NCBI GenBank assembly: GCA_045123255.1
Contig: JBGVIN010000023.1
Span: 7,247-71,246 of the forward strand
Direction: 5' to 3'
Length of the DNA stretch: 64,000 nt
Origin: Eubacteriales bacterium
Lineage (GTDB): Bacteria; Bacillota; Clostridia; Oscillospirales; CAG-272
The notes beneath the pieces are model-generated. The model saw only the letters and a list, made by a program, of their open reading frames with translations, made no database searches and had not been told where the DNA came from. Positions 9,454-18,958 of this stretch are shown in pieces. The position numbers and the translations under genes were made by a program. The stretch's first letter is position 1. Each line of letters opens with the position of its first letter.

Positions 9454-9699
9454 ATTATCATTATAGCAAAAAAATTTGATTTGTCAATAGCTTTTTTTAA
9501 TTTTTTTGAAATTTTTTTGATTTTTTGTAAAATCGAATTTTGTCGCAAAATTTTCATAATTTCGTATTGAAAATATCTAATTATATGATATAATTAAAAT
9601 AGAGTAGCGAAGTCTTTCGCTCCTGCATACGGCGCGTTCCCAAAAAAGTATATTTGAAGGAGCAGCCGTGCCCCTATTTTTTTATATAAGGAGCAAAAA

Positions 9700-10629
9700 A
9701 TGGCAATAAAAAATATGAATTCAAAACGCTTTTTTATCGCTTGGGTTCTGCTTGTCGGAGTTTGGGCGAGCATCATTACGGCAATTATAGGCACGCTTTG
9801 CTGTCTTTCAATTGTCGGCATTCCGTTTGGAATTAAGCATTTCAAATTTATTCCTATTATATTTATGCCGAGCGGTAAAACGGTTGTGTATAGACCCACT
9901 CCAAAGCGCAGAGTAGTAAACGCCTTATGGTCGCTTTTCGGTGGATACGGAGCAAGAATTTGCTATTCACTTCTTGCATTTATTTTAAGAATAACGGTTA
10001 TCGGTGTGCCGCTTGCACTCCAGATTGACAGAATTTACGCATACTTGAAGGGTCCGTACGGTTCTGAGGTTGTTGAATACGGTAAATACACACCCCAAAG
10101 AAGTACGATGTATGACTACACTCTTCTTCAACGCAAAATTTGCAAAAATCCCGATATTTTAGTTTTCGACGATACGAAGGGACGCGAGGTTACGGTGAAA
10201 AAATATCTTTCTCGCATAGAGGAGGAAATTTTCACAATAAAGAGAAATTCTCAAATCGCAATTTTCCTCTCCTTGGCTCTTGTCCTTTTCGGTATTGCGA
10301 GCTTAGCAATCAATCTTTTACTCGGTATTATGCTTATCGTCTTTGGCTCTGTTGTTTGTATCGTAATGACGGAGTATCGTTCATTTCAATACCAAAGGTT
10401 TTACGACAAGCATATGCGCCGTCTTTTCAAGCTTTACCCGGAGGGGGCAGAATACGACCCACTTCCTGCGGGAATTAAGCCGTACTACGCATTTGAATAT
10501 CTTTCAAAGCTGAGAGAGCAGAAGAAGCGCCGCTCAATTGCCAAGGCCGCTGAGCGCACGAACAGGCTGCACGAGCTTGAAGAAGCAAAAAAGAAGGAAG
10601 AAGAAGCAAAGAAAAGCAATAAAAAATAA
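9700..10629 (+). CDS. YccF-domain membrane protein with C-terminal TM/coiled region
   Basis: Two YccF-like segments (CLSIVGIPFGIKHFKF and ITVIGVPLALQ) and a Lys/Glu-rich tail. AAGGAG is upstream. Confidence 0.6.
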   Translation: MAIKNMNSKRFFIAWVLLVGVWASIITAIIGTLCCLSIVGIPFGIKHFKFIPIIFMPSGKTVVYRPTPKRRVVNALWSLFGGYGARICYSLLAFILRITVIGVPLALQIDRIYAYLKGPYGSEVVEYGKYTPQRSTMYDYTLLQRKICKNPDILVFDDTKGREVTVKKYLSRIEEEIFTIKRNSQIAIFLSLALVLFGIASLAINLLLGIMLIVFGSVVCIVMTEYRSFQYQRFYDKHMRRLFKLYPEGAEYDPLPAGIKPYYAFEYLSKLREQKKRRSIAKAAERTNRLHELEEAKKKEEEAKKSNKK

Positions 10630-10635
10630 TTCAAA

Positions 10636-10662
10636 AGTCCTCGCTTATGCGGGGGCTTTTTT
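10636..10662 (+). terminator. Terminator
   Basis: agtcctcgc-ttat-gcgggggct followed by a T-run. Confidence 0.75.
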
Positions 10663-10712
10663 GTTTACAATACATATAATAAATAATGTAGCTTTTTGTT
10701 TTTGGAGGAAAT

Positions 10713-12044
10713 ATGGGAAAATATTTTGGAACGGACGGCTTTCGCGGCAAGGTGGGCAAGGAACTTTGCGCCGCCCACGCATATAAGATAGGAAAATATT
10801 TATCAAAGAGCGGTGACGGGGTAAAGATTTTAGTGGTAAAGGACACGCGCCTCTCCTCAGGCATGCTTGAATGTGCGCTTAGTGCTGGTATTGCAAGCGG
10901 TGGCGGAAATGCATATCTTTTAGGCGTTAGTACAACCGCGTGCGCTTCATATTTAACCTACGAATGTGGCTTTGATTACGGCGTGATGATTTCGGCAAGT
11001 CACAATCCATATTACGACAACGGAATTAAGATTTTCGACCGATTTGGCGAGAAATTGAGCGACGAGGAAACCGAAAAAATCGAGGCGTATTTAGATGAAA
11101 AAACAGACACGTCCCCCGACAAAACGGGAAAAGAGATAGGAAAAGTGGTCGATTTTTATAAGGGTGCTGAAAAATATACCGACTTTTTGATAAGCACCGC
11201 AGAAACAAAGCTAAATGGCTTGACGGTAGGACTTGACACCTCAAACGGAAGTGCGTTTTCGGTTGCACGCGAGGTCTTTGAGTCCTTGGGTGCGACTGTA
11301 TATCAAATAGGCGGTGAGCCGAACGGAACGAATATAAATTTTGAGTGCGGCTCAACAAATATCGAGGTGCTTTCGCGCTTCGTTAAAGAAAAAAATCTCG
11401 ACCTCGGCTTTGCCTATGACGGAGATGCGGACAGGTGCATAGCAGTTGGCAGGGGTGGTGAAATAATCAGCGGTGACGGAATTTTGTTTATTTTAGGCAA
11501 AGAGCTTAAAAGAAACGGCGAGTTATCAAAAAATACCGTTGTGACAACGGTGATGACAAATTCTGGCGCGTGGGACTCCTTTGAAAAAGCGGGGATAAGT
11601 GTCGAAAAAACGCAGGTAGGCGACCGCTTTGTTTACGAAAAAATGAAGGAGTGCGGCTATTCACTCGGTGGCGAGGACTCAGGGCATATTATTATAAGCA
11701 AGTATGCAAAAACGGGTGACGGAATTTTGACCTCAATAAAATTAAGTGAGCTTGCACACAAAAACGGAAACGAGCTCGACGGTCTTTTAGATGGTTTTTC
11801 TGTTTTTCCGTCGGTACAGGGTGGCGTTTTGGTAAAGAATAAAGAAAAAACGATAAGCAATCCGCGCATATGGGAAAAGGTCAATTATTACGAAAAGGTC
11901 TTAGGGAGTGGACGAATTTTAGTGCGTGCAAGTGGCACAGAGCCAAAAATCCGCGTGCTTACAGAGGGAAAAAGCATCACCCTTTGCCGTGAAATTTGCG
12001 CGGAGCTTCAAAATTTAATTTCGGAGTGTGACAATGAACGATAA
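10713..12044 (+). CDS. glmM: Phosphoglucosamine mutase
   Basis: MGKYFGTDGFRG is at the N-terminus. The active-site segment is SASHNPYYDNGIKIF. Length is 443 aa. Confidence 0.93.
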   Translation: MGKYFGTDGFRGKVGKELCAAHAYKIGKYLSKSGDGVKILVVKDTRLSSGMLECALSAGIASGGGNAYLLGVSTTACASYLTYECGFDYGVMISASHNPYYDNGIKIFDRFGEKLSDEETEKIEAYLDEKTDTSPDKTGKEIGKVVDFYKGAEKYTDFLISTAETKLNGLTVGLDTSNGSAFSVAREVFESLGATVYQIGGEPNGTNINFECGSTNIEVLSRFVKEKNLDLGFAYDGDADRCIAVGRGGEIISGDGILFILGKELKRNGELSKNTVVTTVMTNSGAWDSFEKAGISVEKTQVGDRFVYEKMKECGYSLGGEDSGHIIISKYAKTGDGILTSIKLSELAHKNGNELDGLLDGFSVFPSVQGGVLVKNKEKTISNPRIWEKVNYYEKVLGSGRILVRASGTEPKIRVLTEGKSITLCREICAELQNLISECDNER

Positions 12045-12708
12045 GCTGCTAACCAAGGAATTTTTCCAAAACGGAGAATCAATTGCATTTGATAAAATTT
12101 GCAGATGCAAATACGTGTGGCAATCGGTTGCAAAAATAAAGGAAATAGTGCGTGAAATAATTCCAACGTTAGATGATAATTTTGAGAAAATAGGCGAGGG
12201 AGTGTACGTTTTTCGCGGTGTCTATATTCCAAAAAGCGCGGAAATTGTCGGGCCTGCTATAATCGATGAGGGAGCAGAGATACGCCACGGAGCTTATATT
12301 CGCGGTAACGTTATAATAGGGCGCGGATGCGTTCTTGGCAATAGCTGTGAAATAAAGGACTCAATTCTTTTTGACAATGCAACTGTGCAGCATTTTAACT
12401 ACGTTGGCAATTCCATTCTCGGCAAGGGCGCACACCTTGGCGCAGGAGCAATAATCTCCAATTTGAAGGGTGATAAATCAAACGTAAAAATCCGCTATAA
12501 AAACGAAATTATCGACACAGGGTTAAGAAAATTCGGCGCGGTCATAGGAAATGGCGTAGAGGTCGGCTGTGGCACTGTCCTAAACCCCGGCACGATTATA
12601 TTAAAGGGCGCGCAAATTTACCCTCTATCCTCCGTTCGCGGAGTTATTGACGAGAATGTGATTTATAAATCACACACGGAAATTATCAAAAGAGCGTCAT
12701 TCAATTAA
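12034..12708 (+). CDS. Hexapeptide-repeat (left-handed beta-helix) transferase-like protein
   Basis: ORF 12028..12708. The preferred start is the ATG at 12034 (GGAG 7 nt upstream), overlapping the glmM end. Repeated [LIV]G-x4 hexapeptides are present (IRGNVIIGRGCVLGNSCEI, VGNSILGKGAHLGAGAII). Confidence 0.65.
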   Translation: MNDKLLTKEFFQNGESIAFDKICRCKYVWQSVAKIKEIVREIIPTLDDNFEKIGEGVYVFRGVYIPKSAEIVGPAIIDEGAEIRHGAYIRGNVIIGRGCVLGNSCEIKDSILFDNATVQHFNYVGNSILGKGAHLGAGAIISNLKGDKSNVKIRYKNEIIDTGLRKFGAVIGNGVEVGCGTVLNPGTIILKGAQIYPLSSVRGVIDENVIYKSHTEIIKRASFN

Positions 12709-12966
12709 GAAAAGTGAGGTTGCAAGCATATAACCCTTATAAAACGCTTGCTTTTCTGTTGCATCCTCGTACTCAATTTCAAGCTCCTCAATTTTCTCAA
12801 AAATTGCGCGTTGCTCTTTGGTTAACGTTTTTGCAAAAGCATCTGTTAATTCATCAATCTGTTCAATAGCAGTAAGCTGCTTGCTTTTGAAAAGTGGCGA
12901 CTCAAATTCGTCCGCCAATCCCGAATTAAATGCTTTTTCCGTAAATTTTTCGTAATTAAATTTCAT
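12697..12966 (-). CDS. Small helical hypothetical protein (89 aa), divergent partner of XRE genes
   Basis: An ORF with an AAAGGAGAA-type RBS. It matches 27019..27288 in length and architecture. Confidence 0.55.
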   Translation of the reverse strand: MKFNYEKFTEKAFNSGLADEFESPLFKSKQLTAIEQIDELTDAFAKTLTKEQRAIFEKIEELEIEYEDATEKQAFYKGYMLATSLFLIE

Positions 12967-12984
12967 AATTTTCTCCTTTACTTT

Positions 12985-13057
12985 GCATATATTCGTATGC
13001 TTTTATCTATATTTTAGCATACATATGTATGCATTACAAGAGCATACAAACATATGC
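12985..13057. promoter_or_regulatory. Three candidate operator sites, GCATA-N6-TATGC
   Basis: GCATATATTCGTATGC (12985), GCATACATATGTATGC (13017, a perfect palindrome) and GCATACAAACATATGC (13042) lie in the divergent promoter region. Confidence 0.45.
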
Positions 13058-13100
13058 GTGATAAAATCAAGTTGATTTTATCTAAAAAGTGGGGAAAACA

Positions 13101-13319
13101 ATGATTTATTATCAAAGATTGAAGGATTTAAGAGAGGATAACGATAAAACGCAAGAGGAAATTGCCGCGCTTCTTGGCATTTCAAGACAGCATTATTCTC
13201 TTTACGAGCGTGGATTAAGAGAGCTACCAATGCACCATTTTGTCACCCTTGCAAAATATTATAACGTTTCTCTTGACTATATTTCGGGCATTTTACAAAC
13301 ACCGAAAAAATTGTATTAA
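13101..13319 (+). CDS. XRE-family helix-turn-helix regulator (72 aa)
   Basis: MIYYQRLKDLREDNDKTQEEIAALLGISRQHYSLYERG. The ATG at 13101 follows GGGGA. Confidence 0.8.
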   Translation: MIYYQRLKDLREDNDKTQEEIAALLGISRQHYSLYERGLRELPMHHFVTLAKYYNVSLDYISGILQTPKKLY

Positions 13320-13342
13320 AACGAACAGGGGGAGTGATTTGG

Positions 13343-13561
13343 TTGTATAATTATCAACGGTTGCGCGATTTGCGTGAGGATTTAGATAAGACACAAGCAG
13401 ATATTGCAGAAGTATTAGGCATCGCACCTCAGCAATATCAATTGTACGAAAGCGGCAAAAGAGAAATGCCGATGCACCATTTTATCACTCTTGCCAAATT
13501 TTACGACGTATCGCTTGACTATATTTCGGGTATTTTACAAACACCGAGAAAACTGTACTAA
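13343..13561 (+). CDS. XRE-family helix-turn-helix regulator (72 aa), tandem paralog
   Basis: (M)YNYQRLRDLREDLDKTQADIAEVLGIAPQQYQLYESG. The TTG at 13343 lies 9 nt after GGGGGA. The tail SLDYISGILQTPRKLY matches its neighbour. Confidence 0.72.
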   Translation: MYNYQRLRDLREDLDKTQADIAEVLGIAPQQYQLYESGKREMPMHHFITLAKFYDVSLDYISGILQTPRKLY

Positions 13562-13585
13562 AATAGAAAAGTGACGAACTATACT

Positions 13586-13616
13586 AAAAAACAGCCACGT
13601 GTGTGGCTGTTTTTCT
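13586..13616. terminator. Bidirectional terminator
   Basis: aaaaa-acagccac-gtgt-gtggctgt-tttt. Confidence 0.75.
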
Positions 13617-13630
13617 TGTTTTTTATTAAA

Positions 13631-14866
13631 TTACGCTTCTTTTCCAAACGTTAAAACGTCCTTTGGTTCGCGCGTTTTGTATGCGCCGCGGGTGAAATCG
13701 GGAATTGCCTGCGGTGCGCCGTTTTGCTTAATTGACTGCTCGCTAAGGCAAGAAACAACCATCCAGGCTGCCGCGTCATAAACGTCGCAAAGCATTTCGC
13801 CGCCGTCCTTTATGCGGTCAATAAATTCACGAAGCTCAACGTAGTCCATGCCGCCGTGACCTGCTTCAAGCGCTTCCTTAGTGATGATTTTCCACTCGTG
13901 TGGGAGAAGCTCCTTATATTCCTCTGCCGTGTTTGCATATTTGTTTATGTAATCAAGGCTTGACCAAAATTCGGGTTGACCGTCAAAATAAACGCTGTTT
14001 GACACCTGCTCGTACATACCCTTCGTGCCGCGAATTGTGAACTCTCTGTTGTATGAGCGTGGGAGTGAGGTATCAAGGCGTAAGGTCATTGTTTCGCCGT
14101 TTTCGCAGGTGATAATAGTGTTTACAACGTCGCCCTGCTTAAAATCAACGCCGATAAGGTCCTTGTTTACGATAGTGTCCTTTTTGCCGTCAACGTACGC
14201 TTCCATACCGAACGAGCCTGATGCAACTGAAACAAGTGAGGTCATACGGTTGCCGCGGTTGATGTTAAGCACCTTAGCCATAGGGCCAAGCTCGTGCGTT
14301 GGGTAGTTTTCACAGTTTCTGTTCAGGTATTCGTTTAGACGGTAGTGTCTGTTTTCCTTGCCACCCGTTACCTCGCCGCGAAGGTCGTGTGCGTATGCAC
14401 CGCTTAGGTGAACTATTCTGCCGAATTTGCCCGTACGTGCAATTGCGGTAGCCAAAAGCTCGTCACGGTTGTAGCAGCAGTTTTCCATAAACATAAACGG
14501 TGTGCCCGTCTTTTCCTGTGCATCAACAAGCGCCCAGCAGTCCTCAACCGAGTAAGCGCCGCCAACCTCAAGTGCGGTTGCTTTGCCTGCATATAAAGCA
14601 TCTATTGCAATAGGGAAGTGCATATTCCAGTCGGTTGCGATATAAACCGCATCAACGTAGTCGAGCGCTAAAAGCTCCTTATAGTTAGTTGTGCCGAAGG
14701 GAACGTTGCCGCGTCTTGCTTCAACTCTTTTCTTCGCGTTTTCAACTCTGTCCTCATATTTATCACAAACTGCCACGATTTCAACGTCGTCAAATCCGAG
14801 CAAAATTTCGTTCATACCGTATGCGCGGCAGCCAAATCCAATTAAACCAACTCTAACCTTTTCCAT
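13631..14866 (-). CDS. Gfo/Idh/MocA-family NAD-binding oxidoreductase (GH109-like architecture)
   Basis: The ORF is trimmed to the ATG at 14866 (GGGGG upstream). The Rossmann N-terminus is MEKVRVGLIGFGCRA. Length is 411 aa. Confidence 0.78.
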   Translation of the reverse strand: MEKVRVGLIGFGCRAYGMNEILLGFDDVEIVAVCDKYEDRVENAKKRVEARRGNVPFGTTNYKELLALDYVDAVYIATDWNMHFPIAIDALYAGKATALEVGGAYSVEDCWALVDAQEKTGTPFMFMENCCYNRDELLATAIARTGKFGRIVHLSGAYAHDLRGEVTGGKENRHYRLNEYLNRNCENYPTHELGPMAKVLNINRGNRMTSLVSVASGSFGMEAYVDGKKDTIVNKDLIGVDFKQGDVVNTIITCENGETMTLRLDTSLPRSYNREFTIRGTKGMYEQVSNSVYFDGQPEFWSSLDYINKYANTAEEYKELLPHEWKIITKEALEAGHGGMDYVELREFIDRIKDGGEMLCDVYDAAAWMVVSCLSEQSIKQNGAPQAIPDFTRGAYKTREPKDVLTFGKEA

Positions 14867-15019
14867 AATACCCCCAAGGTAGTAAAAATTTGTTAATATG
14901 ATTGTATCAAAAATCGCGTGTAAAGTCAACCAAAAAATAAAATATTGACAATAAAATAATATAATGATAAAATTAAATTAAAGATAAATATAAAATTACG
15001 CAAAAAAGGAGCATTTATT

Positions 15020-15760
15020 ATGAAAAAAATTTTATCAGTTGCGCTTTTAGTTCTTTTGTGCTGTGCGCCGCTTTGCGCCTGCTCAACTGATTTTAGCGAG
15101 CCTATAAACGAAACGATGGACGGTCTTTACCAAACGCTTTACGACGCGCTTGAGCTTTTCTTCAAAAAGACAGGCGTTGAAAACGGCGACGAAAATAACG
15201 AAAACGGTGGAAATAGCGGAAACGAGGGTGGATCAAATGAAGATAGCAAGCCTGACGATATTATTCCCGAGCCGTTACCCGAGGAAAAATACGAAATAGG
15301 TACTCGTGTCGGTCAAAAGCTTCCTTCCTACTCGGTTGAAATTTTTGACGAAAACGGCGTTAGCGGTGAATTTATCGACCCAAGCGACCTCGGCAAGGTA
15401 ACGGTTATCAACTTTTGGGGCACCTGGTGCACGCCATGCATGGAAGAGCTTCCCGAATTTTCAGAGGTGGCAACGGAATATAAGGACACAGTAACAATTG
15501 TTGCAATTCACTCAGTTGACTACTTTACGTCAAACGCAGTTTCACACATCAAAAACAATTTTAGTGACTCGGACATTATTTTTGCAAGAGATATTAAGAC
15601 GGGTGAGGGCTATGACGAATGCTACGAAGCACTTGGCGGCAACGGCTACTACCCATACACTATAATTCTCAATGAAAAGGGCGTTATCACCTACGCAAAA
15701 GAGGGCGCGCTTTCAGAATTTCAGCTCAAAGCACAGTTAGAGATTGCACTTGGCAACTAA
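15020..15760 (+). CDS. TlpA/ResA-like thiol-disulfide oxidoreductase lipoprotein
   Basis: A signal peptide with the lipobox LCAC-S, and the thioredoxin motif FWGTWCTPC. Confidence 0.8.
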   Translation: MKKILSVALLVLLCCAPLCACSTDFSEPINETMDGLYQTLYDALELFFKKTGVENGDENNENGGNSGNEGGSNEDSKPDDIIPEPLPEEKYEIGTRVGQKLPSYSVEIFDENGVSGEFIDPSDLGKVTVINFWGTWCTPCMEELPEFSEVATEYKDTVTIVAIHSVDYFTSNAVSHIKNNFSDSDIIFARDIKTGEGYDECYEALGGNGYYPYTIILNEKGVITYAKEGALSEFQLKAQLEIALGN

Positions 15761-15761
15761 G

Positions 15762-16571
15762 ATGACTTTACAAGAAATAATTGATAAATTAATCTCGTAC
15801 GGTGTAGAAAACCCGCGCGAGGAAGCACTTCTTATTTTAGAGGAAACGCAAGGAATAAGTCGCGCAAAAATAATGCTTGACGCGCAAAAATCATACACAG
15901 GGTCGCGTATTTTTGAGATTTTAGAAAAACGCAGGGAGCGCGTCCCCTTACAGTATATTCTCGGTAAATGGGAGTTTATGGGCAAGGAATTTTTCGTTTC
16001 TCCCGATTGTCTAATACCGCGCCCAGACACCGAAATTTTGGTTGAAAAAGCACTTAATTTTATAAAAAAAGGCGACCACGTGGCTGATTTATGCACAGGA
16101 AGCGGTTGTATCGGCATTTCCTTATCGTTATACAGGTCGGGTATTAACCTTACTTTGATGGATATTTCAAGCGGCGCACTTAAAATGGCACAAAAAAACG
16201 CTAAGAAGCACGGCGTGGACGCAAGATTTATCCTTGGTGATATAACAAAGGACTTGCCGAATGAAAAATTTGATTTAATCATTTCAAACCCACCGTATAT
16301 TCCAAGCGCTGATATAAATAATCTTTCCCCCGAGGTAAAAAAAGAGCCGCTATTGGCACTTGACGGCGGAGATGACGGACTTAACCTTGTAAGATTTTTG
16401 GTAAACGACGGTGTTTCTTACCTAAACGACGGCGGTAAAATGATAGTTGAGTTCGGCTACGACCAAGAAAACGCAATTCGCGCGCTGCTTGATAGCGCAC
16501 GCGGATTTGAAGGCTACGAGATTTTATACGATTACGGTAAAAATCCGCGCGCTTTCGTAATTTATAAATAA
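15762..16571 (+). CDS. prmC: Release-factor glutamine N5-methyltransferase
   Basis: NPPY motif (IISNPPYIPS) and SAM-binding segment DLCTGSGCIG. The ATG at 15762 is preferred over the TTG at 15744. Confidence 0.88.
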   Translation: MTLQEIIDKLISYGVENPREEALLILEETQGISRAKIMLDAQKSYTGSRIFEILEKRRERVPLQYILGKWEFMGKEFFVSPDCLIPRPDTEILVEKALNFIKKGDHVADLCTGSGCIGISLSLYRSGINLTLMDISSGALKMAQKNAKKHGVDARFILGDITKDLPNEKFDLIISNPPYIPSADINNLSPEVKKEPLLALDGGDDGLNLVRFLVNDGVSYLNDGGKMIVEFGYDQENAIRALLDSARGFEGYEILYDYGKNPRAFVIYK

Positions 16572-16655
16572 AATAATATTTACTATTGAAATTTACGCGC
16601 TCATATGTTAAAATATTAGTTGCGAAACAGCAAAAATTCTATTTTTGAAGGACAA

Positions 16656-17093
16656 ATGATGAAAAAAAGAACGCTTGGTGTGGACTTTGGTGATGCACGC
16701 ACAGGTCTTGCTCTTTCCGATTTAAGCGGCTTTTTGGCAAGCGGCTGCGGCACTATAAAAAGCAAAAGCTTTAAGGAAACGGGCGACGGAGTGGTTGAAA
16801 TTGCCAAAAAAAATGACGTTGGCTTAATTGTGCTTGGTCATCCGATAAATATGAACGGCACAGAGGGTCCGCGCTCAGAAAAAATCAAGGCGTTTGCAGA
16901 TTATCTGCGTGAAAAATCGGGCATAGAGATTATTCTTTATGACGAGCGATTATCAACGGCAAACGCACACGTTATGCTCAATATAACGGGTACGCACGGA
17001 CAAAAGCGCAAGGAAATCATTGACGAAATGTCTGCTTGCCTAATTTTGCAAAGCTATCTTGATTCACCATCTTCAATTTATAAAGTTAAATAG
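16656..17093 (+). CDS. ruvX: Putative pre-16S rRNA nuclease / Holliday junction resolvase-like YqgF
   Basis: MMKKRTLGVDFGDARTGLALSD. GAAGGA is upstream of the ATG at 16656. Confidence 0.85.
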   Translation: MMKKRTLGVDFGDARTGLALSDLSGFLASGCGTIKSKSFKETGDGVVEIAKKNDVGLIVLGHPINMNGTEGPRSEKIKAFADYLREKSGIEIILYDERLSTANAHVMLNITGTHGQKRKEIIDEMSACLILQSYLDSPSSIYKVK

Positions 17094-17130
17094 CATCACA
17101 CCCCGTGTGGTTGACAAACAGGAGGATATA

Positions 17131-18276
17131 ATGGACAGAAATTCAAACCTCGTAAACCGTCACAATAAGGTTGGCGGTCAAGCCGTTATTGAAGGCGTTA
17201 TGATGAAAAATGACGAGCGCGTTTCAATTGCGGTTCGTAAGGAGGACGGAAGTGTTGAAATTAAAAACACGGAATTCAAGTCTCCAAGAAAGAAAATCAG
17301 ACTTTTCAACAAGCCAATTATAAGAGGCATTATTGCTTTCTTTGAATCGTTAGTGCTTTCGTTTAAGACACTCAGCCGTTCAACAGATATGCTTGACCTT
17401 GAGGAGGACAAGAAAAACGGTAAGAAAAAGAGCGGTGCATCAACCGTGCTTGTTATGATTGTTTCACTCGTGCTCGGCCTTTGCCTCTCCCTCGTGCTTT
17501 TCTCGGTTTTGCCGACTTATATTGCACAGTGGGTTGCAGACTTTTTCCAAATGACAACAGAAAAGTTTTGGCAATTTTCAATTTTTGCTCTTATAGAGGG
17601 CGGACTTAAAATAATAATTTTTATTGCTTATCTTTTAGTAGTTTCACTTATGAAGGACATTCGCCGTACCTTTGAATATCACGGTGCGGAGCATAAAACC
17701 ATCGCTTGCTTTGAATCAGGACACGAGCTTACCGTTAAAAACGTTAGAAAATGCTCACGCTTCCACCCACGCTGCGGCACATCGTTTATGTTCGTTATGA
17801 TTCTTTTGAGCATTTTAGCAGGCTGCTTCATTCCGTTTACAGGCTTTACAAGAATTGTTGCAAAGATAATAGTTCTTCCGCTCGTTATGGGCATCGGCTA
17901 CGAATATATTATGTACGCAGGCAAGAACGAAAACGGTATTACCAAGGTTCTTTCAGCTCCGGGTCTTTGGATGCAAAGAATTACAACACGTGAGCCAAGC
18001 GACGACCAAATCCAAATCGCTATCTGTGCAGTTAAAGCATCCGTTCCCGAGCTTTACCGCGCACCGAACGTAGAGGAATACAAGATTACGGTTGCTCAAA
18101 ACAGACACCACATTGCAAACATCGGCAAGAAGCTTCCAAAGGAAGAGCCGCTTTATAAGGTTACTGATAATAACGCAGAGCTTTATCAAAGAGAGTCAGA
18201 GCTTGAAACGTTTGACGCTCCAATTAAGGCAGGCGGCAAGGACGTAAAGGTTACTCTTAAAAAATACACGAAATAA
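17131..18276 (+). CDS. DUF1385 (YqhQ-like) membrane protein
   Basis: GGQAVIEGVMMKN and EYHGAEHKTI motifs. AGGAGG is upstream of the ATG at 17131. Confidence 0.8.
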   Translation: MDRNSNLVNRHNKVGGQAVIEGVMMKNDERVSIAVRKEDGSVEIKNTEFKSPRKKIRLFNKPIIRGIIAFFESLVLSFKTLSRSTDMLDLEEDKKNGKKKSGASTVLVMIVSLVLGLCLSLVLFSVLPTYIAQWVADFFQMTTEKFWQFSIFALIEGGLKIIIFIAYLLVVSLMKDIRRTFEYHGAEHKTIACFESGHELTVKNVRKCSRFHPRCGTSFMFVMILLSILAGCFIPFTGFTRIVAKIIVLPLVMGIGYEYIMYAGKNENGITKVLSAPGLWMQRITTREPSDDQIQIAICAVKASVPELYRAPNVEEYKITVAQNRHHIANIGKKLPKEEPLYKVTDNNAELYQRESELETFDAPIKAGGKDVKVTLKKYTK

Positions 18277-18283
18277 TAATTAA

Positions 18284-18310
18284 AGCTCCGCTGAATGCGG
18301 GGCTTTTCTT
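18284..18310 (+). terminator. Terminator
   Basis: agctccgc-tgaat-gcggggct followed by tttt. Confidence 0.75.
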
Positions 18311-18597
18311 ATATATATAATATATAGTAGAGTTTTACGCGCGTAGGCGCGATTAACTGTGGCGTGTGCAATATTTGCGCGTAGGCGCGAGTATTTACGC
18401 AAATTATTTACTTATTATAAAATTAGGCTACATTTTTACTCATTTTTCGCAAAAATTGTAAATTTTTTTTGAATTTTCCCTCTTTTTATATATATTTTTA
18501 TATATAATATATTGCAATTTCAAAAATAGTATGGTAAAATATGCATAAATGAGGATGGTTTAACCAAACTCGATATTTTGTAAGGGGGTATACTGAA

Positions 18598-18819
18598 ATG
18601 GCAGAATTCAAGTATGATATCGTTAAAACATTTGGTAATGTTTCTGACAGCGAGAGTGGTTGGGTTAAGGAAGTTAACCTTATCAGCTGGAACGAGCGCG
18701 AGCCTGTTTATGACATTCGTGTTTGGCAAGAGGGCCACGAAAAGCTTGGTAAGGGCATTACTCTTACCGAAGCTGAAATTAAGAACCTCAAAGAGCTTCT
18801 TAATAAGATGGACATCTAA
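18598..18819 (+). CDS. YdbC-like PC4-type single-stranded DNA-binding protein (73 aa)
   Basis: The pattern GWVKEVNLISWN...YDIRVWQEGHEKLGKGITLT resembles the Lactococcus YdbC / PC4-fold family as I recall it. GGGGG is upstream. Confidence 0.55.
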   Translation: MAEFKYDIVKTFGNVSDSESGWVKEVNLISWNEREPVYDIRVWQEGHEKLGKGITLTEAEIKNLKELLNKMDI

Positions 18820-18958
18820 TGAACCGATTTTAGGTTTAGCTTGAAAATTTAACTACATAAAAAGCATCGATTTCGGTGCTTTTTTTGTTTATAATATTGA
18901 ATATTCCGTGCGCGTATGATAAAATAAAAATACAAATATATTTTGTGAGGACAAATTT

